A stretch of 20,000 nt of DNA from an uncultured virus (IMG/VR IMGVR_UViG_3300021255_001403) (taxonomy: Duplodnaviria > Heunggongvirae > Uroviricota > Caudoviricetes), in IMG/VR virus record IMGVR_UViG_3300021255_001403. One strand, given 5' to 3'. Below the pieces are notes generated by a model. That model was not told the DNA's origin. It did not search any database and worked only from the letters and a program-made list of their open reading frames with translations. A program made the position numbers and the translations under genes. Below are positions 14,893 to 20,000 of this stretch, piece after piece. Within the stretch, counting starts at the first letter, position 1. Every line of letters starts with the position of its first letter.

Positions 14893-16755
14893 ATGAAATT
14901 GGTGAGTAATGTAATTACAGGAGAGACTCTTCGTAAAGCACAGTTAGATGGCTTAAAATTGTTTTCTGATGCAGTTTCGCGTACATACGGTCCTATGGGC
15001 GGTTACACTGGTTATAGTAAGGTAAACGTCGATAATAAGACAATGGCCGTTGCGTACTATACCAAAGACGGCGCGACCGCACTAAAAAATGTTATGGTAG
15101 ACAAGCCAATTGAATCTTTGATAAAAGATGAAATCGTTGATATCTGTACTCAGGTAATTAAAGATGTTGGTGATGGTACTTCTTCTGCAACTATTATGTC
15201 TTATCTGGTATTTAATAATCTTTATAAGTTATATGAAGAAGGCAACTCTAAACGTTTGATTATTAAATACTTTAAAGAACTTGTAAAAGAGGCTATAGAA
15301 ATCATAGAGTCTCGTAAGAGAGAATGTACTCTTGATGATATCTATAATATTGCTCTTACTTCTCTTAATGGTAATGAAGAAATTGCAGAGTTGATTAGAA
15401 GTGTTTATGAGCAGTATGGTATGGATGTATTCATTGATGTACAAGCATCTAATGATAAAACTACTACTATTAAAGGTTATGATGGATTAGTATATGATGA
15501 AGGTTATTTAGATCCGGCATTTATTAATAATGAATTTAATAATACCTGTGAACTTTATAATGCTCATATCTATACTTTTGCTTCTCCTATTGATACTCCA
15601 GAAATGCTTGATATCCTTAAACTGATTATTACTACTGAAATCACTAATCCTATTGCTATGGCTAATAATCAGGCTAAGAAAGGATTGAAGATTACTGTTC
15701 CTGCACCAGCACATGTATTAATTGTTTGCCCATTTATCTCTAGAGATGCAAACTCTTATCTTGATACTTTGATTAAGTCTTTCGAGCAGATTCCTATTTC
15801 TTCTCGTTCTCATCTGTGTATTGTTAGTGGTATGAATGATGATCCAGATAATCTGGTTGATATCATGAAACTTACTGGTGGTAAGTTTATTAAGAAATAC
15901 ATTGATGCTGAGCAGTTTGAAAAAGATATGGAAGCAGGTTTAGCACCTAATGGAGATAATATTCTTACCTTTGCTGGTAAAGCAGAGAAAGTAGAAGTAG
16001 ATGCTATTTCTATGAAGATTATCAATCCTCAGGAAATGCGTAAAGATGGAGTTATTACAGAATTCTTCAAGAATTATGTAGCTAGTCTTAAAGATACTCT
16101 TGCTAAATATGAAAAGACTCGTGTAGAGATTGTTAAGATTGGCAAACTCAAGAAACGTATCCATATCTTATTGGGTAATATGGTAGACTTGTATGTAGGT
16201 GGTATTGGTACTGGTGATAGAAAGCCTCTTACTGACTCTATTGAAGATGCGGTATTAAACTGCCGTTCTAGTGCTAAAGATGGTGTAGGATATGGAGCTA
16301 ATTTTGAAGGATTAAGAGCTTTCACTGAATTGCATGATAAATATACGGAAGAAGAAGATGAATTAAAATATCAAGTAGAATCAGCATTATATCAAGCATA
16401 TTTTGATCTCTGTGCTATGATATATCTCCCGTATTTCGAAGATATGCAGAAAACTAAGAAAATGTTGATAGAAGAAATGTATGTAGAAAATGTAGATAGA
16501 GGACCATTCAATATCATTACTGAAAAATATGATGGTACTGTATTATCCTCTATTAAATCTGAGCCTTCTATCTTAAATGCTATGGAACGTATTATCTCTG
16601 TAATATTTGATACGAATCAATTCTTAGTACCAGATCCGAGATTTAATATCTATGATATGGAAGATGAGACTATGGTGGTTGATGATACTGCTAATAAGAA
16701 TAATACTGAGGTTATAAATTCCGATGGTAAGAAATTGGGATTAAATAAAAAATAA
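14893..16755 (+). CDS. groEL: phage GroEL-like chaperonin, 620 aa
   Basis: TYGPMG (TLGPKG), TKDGATAL (TKDGVTVA), VGDGTSSA (GDGTTTA), GLVYDEGYLDPAFIN (GMQFDRGYLSPYFIN), IEDAVL...AKDGVGYG. Confidence 0.95.
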   Translation: MKLVSNVITGETLRKAQLDGLKLFSDAVSRTYGPMGGYTGYSKVNVDNKTMAVAYYTKDGATALKNVMVDKPIESLIKDEIVDICTQVIKDVGDGTSSATIMSYLVFNNLYKLYEEGNSKRLIIKYFKELVKEAIEIIESRKRECTLDDIYNIALTSLNGNEEIAELIRSVYEQYGMDVFIDVQASNDKTTTIKGYDGLVYDEGYLDPAFINNEFNNTCELYNAHIYTFASPIDTPEMLDILKLIITTEITNPIAMANNQAKKGLKITVPAPAHVLIVCPFISRDANSYLDTLIKSFEQIPISSRSHLCIVSGMNDDPDNLVDIMKLTGGKFIKKYIDAEQFEKDMEAGLAPNGDNILTFAGKAEKVEVDAISMKIINPQEMRKDGVITEFFKNYVASLKDTLAKYEKTRVEIVKIGKLKKRIHILLGNMVDLYVGGIGTGDRKPLTDSIEDAVLNCRSSAKDGVGYGANFEGLRAFTELHDKYTEEEDELKYQVESALYQAYFDLCAMIYLPYFEDMQKTKKMLIEEMYVENVDRGPFNIITEKYDGTVLSSIKSEPSILNAMERIISVIFDTNQFLVPDPRFNIYDMEDETMVVDDTANKNNTEVINSDGKKLGLNKK

Positions 16756-16765
16756 TTATGGTATA

Positions 16766-16777
16766 AACATATGGATA
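16766..16777 (+). promoter_or_regulatory. putative phage late promoter AACA-N6-TA
   Basis: AACAtatggaTA 10 nt after the chaperonin stop. Confidence 0.55.
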
Positions 16778-16878
16778 TAGATTAAAGTAGTTGCAGCTTT
16801 ATCTATATAGTAATATATTTTATTACATACCTCTTTCTATACGTTTTATGATGGGTAGTGGTGATAAACCACTACCCA
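16777..16878 (+). promoter_or_regulatory. structured leader or small RNA C with anti-SD-like sequence
   Basis: Hairpin 16777-16806, TACCTCTTTCTAT (16828-16840), then an 11-bp hairpin TGGGTAGTGGT/ACCACTACCCA (16852-16878) with no U tract. Confidence 0.4.
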
Positions 16879-16900
16879 AATTATGTACGGAGGTAATAAT

Positions 16901-17788
16901 ATGAATAATGAAGGATATGGTAAAGATTTAGACCTAAACACATTGCACGAATCTGTTAAGAATGCTAGTAAACCTACAGACTTAAACAGATTTACATTTG
17001 ACCAATACATTGCTAATCCTAGTGGAGGTCGCTCTAGATTTGTGGGAGAAATAGAGGCAGCTAGAAATACTTATAATCAAAAGTATGAGAAAATGCTTTT
17101 ACGAGTAGCTGGTCATATAAACTATCTGCTTTATAAAAGTAATAATGGAAGACGTTATGTAATCTATATACAAATGCCTTCTGAATCTACTAAGGGATTA
17201 GTATATGATGTGGTAATAGAGTTTACTACAAAAGATGATGTAAAAGTAAAGATGAATCATTTGAAAGAGTATCATGTAAGATTCTTTTCTAATGATCCTA
17301 ACTTTATATTCACTTATGCATTCATATTCAATAGAAAGAAGTTGATAATACCTGAATTAGTTAGTAAATTAGGGAAAGTCGTATTAAAACAACCTCCTCA
17401 TGTAACCAATCCTAATAAGATAGTAGGTTATGTAAAATCATTCTATTTTGCTTACCTATTTATGCTTAATAAAGGATTGTTTAATAAACTTTTGTGGATT
17501 AATGCTGGAACAGAGTCGCAGATGAAAACTATTTTTACAAATGTAGTATTAACCTCAGATAGGAAATTAAGGCAAATACATGATTTGGGGGTAATAGCTA
17601 AAGCTACGGCTAAAGGTGCTAAGCTTACTGGCTATAGTGCAACAGAAAAACATTCCATAGAAAAGGCTGGCAAGGAAGCTAGAAATTATTTAACTCATTA
17701 TGCTAAGACCATGAAACTTAATAAAGATAAGGTGGTGAAGTCAGCAAAGATGACTAGTAAAGTTAAGCGCACTAAATATATAAAGTAA
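16901..17788 (+). CDS. hypothetical basic protein, about 295 aa
   Basis: GGAGGT SD at 16889-16894 favours ATG 16901 over 16883; Lys-rich C-terminus. Confidence 0.85.
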   Translation: MNNEGYGKDLDLNTLHESVKNASKPTDLNRFTFDQYIANPSGGRSRFVGEIEAARNTYNQKYEKMLLRVAGHINYLLYKSNNGRRYVIYIQMPSESTKGLVYDVVIEFTTKDDVKVKMNHLKEYHVRFFSNDPNFIFTYAFIFNRKKLIIPELVSKLGKVVLKQPPHVTNPNKIVGYVKSFYFAYLFMLNKGLFNKLLWINAGTESQMKTIFTNVVLTSDRKLRQIHDLGVIAKATAKGAKLTGYSATEKHSIEKAGKEARNYLTHYAKTMKLNKDKVVKSAKMTSKVKRTKYIK

Positions 17789-17821
17789 TGAGCAGTTTCA
17801 GATAAGAAAGGACAAATCAAT

Positions 17822-19609
17822 ATGGTTGAAGTAAATAAAATCAATGATGAGCAATTAACTTACAGAGATCTGAGATTTTATACTCCTAGATACACTTTTG
17901 ATAGGTCTATGTATCCTGAAGGTCAGAAAATTGATGTAGTCTATAGGATTAATAAAAATATTTTTAGAGATCCTAAGAATTATAATAAAACTACACAATG
18001 TTATACTGCTGATCTCGTCAATATGGAAAATACTGACAATCCATATGTACCTCAAATTCCTATTGATCAATGGAGACCACAATGTCCGGAAGACATAATT
18101 TTCAATCATATACGAGGAGCTATCATTGCACCTATACATAAAAAGTATAATATGCGAGATGATGACAAGGCTAACGAAATGATCGACTATTTCTATGTAT
18201 CTTCTAAGAGATGCTATAATAGTGATACCAAGATGAAAAATGGGGAATTAAAAATTGGTTTTCGTGAGCATTGTACAAACTACATGAACTATTTCGAGAA
18301 GTATTATGATACTGAGCATCAATTGTTTGGTTTGTATGCTAGATTCAAATACTTCATTGATTGTGAGTCTAATAGATATACATTAGATATGTTTCTGAAT
18401 GAGCTTTGGACTTATTTCATTAATCCAAATGCTTCTTATACTGCTCACTATCTTAACTCTTGTTTAGATAGAATGAATATAGAGCAGTATAATCTTAATC
18501 TCAATTATAAGAATAATAAAAGTCCTGTACTTGAGTATAGTGATTTCCATGCGCAATTATTATTAAAGATTTCAGTAATGCAGAATATGATGATTCCTTT
18601 GATCACTCACTTCATTACTAAACGTAAGATTGATCCTAAGAATGTAAAATATGTATTATTGAAATCATTCGATCTCTTATTCCAGATAACTAAAGTTATC
18701 TATGGTGTAGACTTAGGTTCTAAGATATACGAAACTGCTACAAGTAACGTTACTAAAAACGTTTCCAATAATAGTTCTCTTTGGGATATGCAGACTATTC
18801 GTGGTAGAAATGTTACTACACATTCTATTGAAACTGTAGAAAACATTTTAATGCAGATTATTCCTAAATACACTTATGATAAGAATATTATCCACTTCAA
18901 CTATAATGCTATAAATAGGGATATCCGTACAAAGGTAACTGGTATATCATACGAATACGGATTTATAGTTTTATCATCTTCTAATCGTGATGATGAAAAT
19001 AATAGTGAGTGTGACAAATTCGAAGCTCATGCTTCTAAGATAAATGAGGCGATAATAAATCAGGTTATGGTTAATTGTCAAAAAGCCATGGATAAAATCA
19101 AAATCAAATATGGCCCATTCGATGAACGGGAAATCGAATTCTATAAACGTGCATTATGTAAAGATGGGAAATTCATAGTAAATAGTTTACAACGTACACT
19201 AGTAGATTATCTATTCGTAAAAGAATTTGATGATACACAGTCTGTACGTATTGTAAATATCCGCGATTATATTATTCTTATAATAGCAGCACGTAGAGTG
19301 CTTGAATCTTATAAAATGTTCCAACTTCCTTATATAATTGGAGGTAGAGTTAATAGAATCGTAACACGTAAAAGCATTAATAAGAAGCAATTACAAAAGA
19401 TCGAATCATCTGAGTATTTCCCACTTATTCATGCTAAATATAATAATGAAAAAATCGAGAAAGAAGTGATTCCATCGCTTATCGCTCAGATTATGTCTTC
19501 TGAATTTCAGACTGTGGATTACTGGCATCCGGAAGCTAATGGTATTCCCATTAACATCATTCCCGATGTTATTGCTGAGGAAGTAAGCAGATTTGTAATG
19601 CTCATATAA
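17822..19609 (+). CDS. putative sigma-like promoter-specificity subunit of the non-virion RNAP (AR9 gp226 / phiKZ gp68 type), 595 aa
   Basis: AGAAAGGA SD; predominantly helical; IIPKYTYDKNIIHFNYNAINRDI resembles sigma region 2.3-2.4 ([25 protein letters not shown]); two genes from the chaperonin, as gp226 is from the gp228 chaperonin in AR9. Confidence 0.6.
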   Translation: MVEVNKINDEQLTYRDLRFYTPRYTFDRSMYPEGQKIDVVYRINKNIFRDPKNYNKTTQCYTADLVNMENTDNPYVPQIPIDQWRPQCPEDIIFNHIRGAIIAPIHKKYNMRDDDKANEMIDYFYVSSKRCYNSDTKMKNGELKIGFREHCTNYMNYFEKYYDTEHQLFGLYARFKYFIDCESNRYTLDMFLNELWTYFINPNASYTAHYLNSCLDRMNIEQYNLNLNYKNNKSPVLEYSDFHAQLLLKISVMQNMMIPLITHFITKRKIDPKNVKYVLLKSFDLLFQITKVIYGVDLGSKIYETATSNVTKNVSNNSSLWDMQTIRGRNVTTHSIETVENILMQIIPKYTYDKNIIHFNYNAINRDIRTKVTGISYEYGFIVLSSSNRDDENNSECDKFEAHASKINEAIINQVMVNCQKAMDKIKIKYGPFDEREIEFYKRALCKDGKFIVNSLQRTLVDYLFVKEFDDTQSVRIVNIRDYIILIIAARRVLESYKMFQLPYIIGGRVNRIVTRKSINKKQLQKIESSEYFPLIHAKYNNEKIEKEVIPSLIAQIMSSEFQTVDYWHPEANGIPINIIPDVIAEEVSRFVMLI

Positions 19610-19617
19610 TATCTCTA

Positions 19618-19640
19618 TTGATTATATACTATAAAAATGA
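19618..19640 (+). promoter_or_regulatory. putative early promoter, 23-nt repeat copy 2
   Basis: TTGATTATATACTATAAAAATGA, identical to 12356-12378. Confidence 0.65.
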
Positions 19641-19675
19641 GTGAGAGGTTTAATAACCTCTCACTTTTATTTTTA
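19640..19675 (+). terminator. intrinsic terminator
   Basis: AGTGAGAGGTT / AACCTCTCACT 11-bp stem (19640-19665) followed by TTTATTTTT. Confidence 0.75.
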
Positions 19676-19725
19676 TTTAAATACATATCGACACAATCGT
19701 ATATGTGGGTTAGGAGGTTAATCTT

Positions 19726-19926
19726 ATGACTAGCAAATTTATTTTGATGGCTTCAGTAATCTCTATCGTATTGGCAGAACTAACGATTCATCTCTGTGGA
19801 TGGAGAGATCATTATGTTATGCTATTGGGTACATATTTTTTGTATTATTTCGGTATAGTTGCTTTGTATAAGATATATAATAAACTTAATGATCCTAATT
19901 TCATAGGAAAGCATAGGTGTTTGTAA
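19726..19926 (+). CDS. small membrane protein, 66 aa, two predicted TM helices
   Basis: AGGAGGT SD; hydrophobic segments FILMASVISIVLAELTI and YVMLLGTYFLYYFGIVALY. Confidence 0.75.
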   Translation: MTSKFILMASVISIVLAELTIHLCGWRDHYVMLLGTYFLYYFGIVALYKIYNKLNDPNFIGKHRCL

Positions 19927-20000
19927 ATGAGTCTTACTGACGATTTACGAGAACAATTACATATACTATTTCCTGATTATAAAGATGCTAGAAATGGAGA
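19927..20000 (+). CDS. 3'-truncated ORF (MSLTDDLREQLHILFPDYKDARNG...)
   Basis: ATG immediately follows the previous TAA; open to the window end; too short to assign a function. Confidence 0.6.
   Translation, partial: MSLTDDLREQLHILFPDYKDARNG

Noticed and set aside
19726..19926. Two-TM small protein as a holin
   Set aside because: No endolysin nearby and it follows an early-type motif; topology alone is insufficient.
19927..20000. Possible N-terminus of a DNA primase
   Set aside because: Only 24 codons are visible and no zinc-finger motif falls inside the window.

Overview
AT-rich, densely coding segment of a jumbo myophage genome, most like the AR9/PBS1/phiR1-37 branch of phiKZ-related phages. 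Strong AGGAGG Shine-Dalgarno (SD) sites point to a Bacillota host. Recognisable genes: an N-terminal beta-prime piece of a split multisubunit RNA polymerase carrying the catalytic DFDGD (3430-5172), a head module (hydrophobic-segment protein, acidic scaffold-like protein, 673-aa major capsid protein candidate), a GroEL-like chaperonin with no adjacent GroES, and a probable sigma-like (AR9 gp226-type) promoter-specificity subunit. Two phage promoter classes can be read directly: RACA-N6-TA (8 sites, matching the AR9 late consensus) and ATATA-n-TATA (putative early). The most unusual observations are: (1) non-coding, promoter- and hairpin-bounded elements carrying an anti-SD sequence that is complementary to the ribosome-binding sites of the ART-like gene they flank and of the sigma-like gene; (2) a 57-aa late microprotein that repeats the RALNDY(S/T)AN peptide of the capsid C-terminal arm, expressed from a face-to-face promoter pair sharing one TA; (3) a candidate -1 frameshift extending the first, Zn-ribbon tail/baseplate-chaperone-like gene. 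All functional calls rest on motif recognition and recalled synteny, not on database searches.
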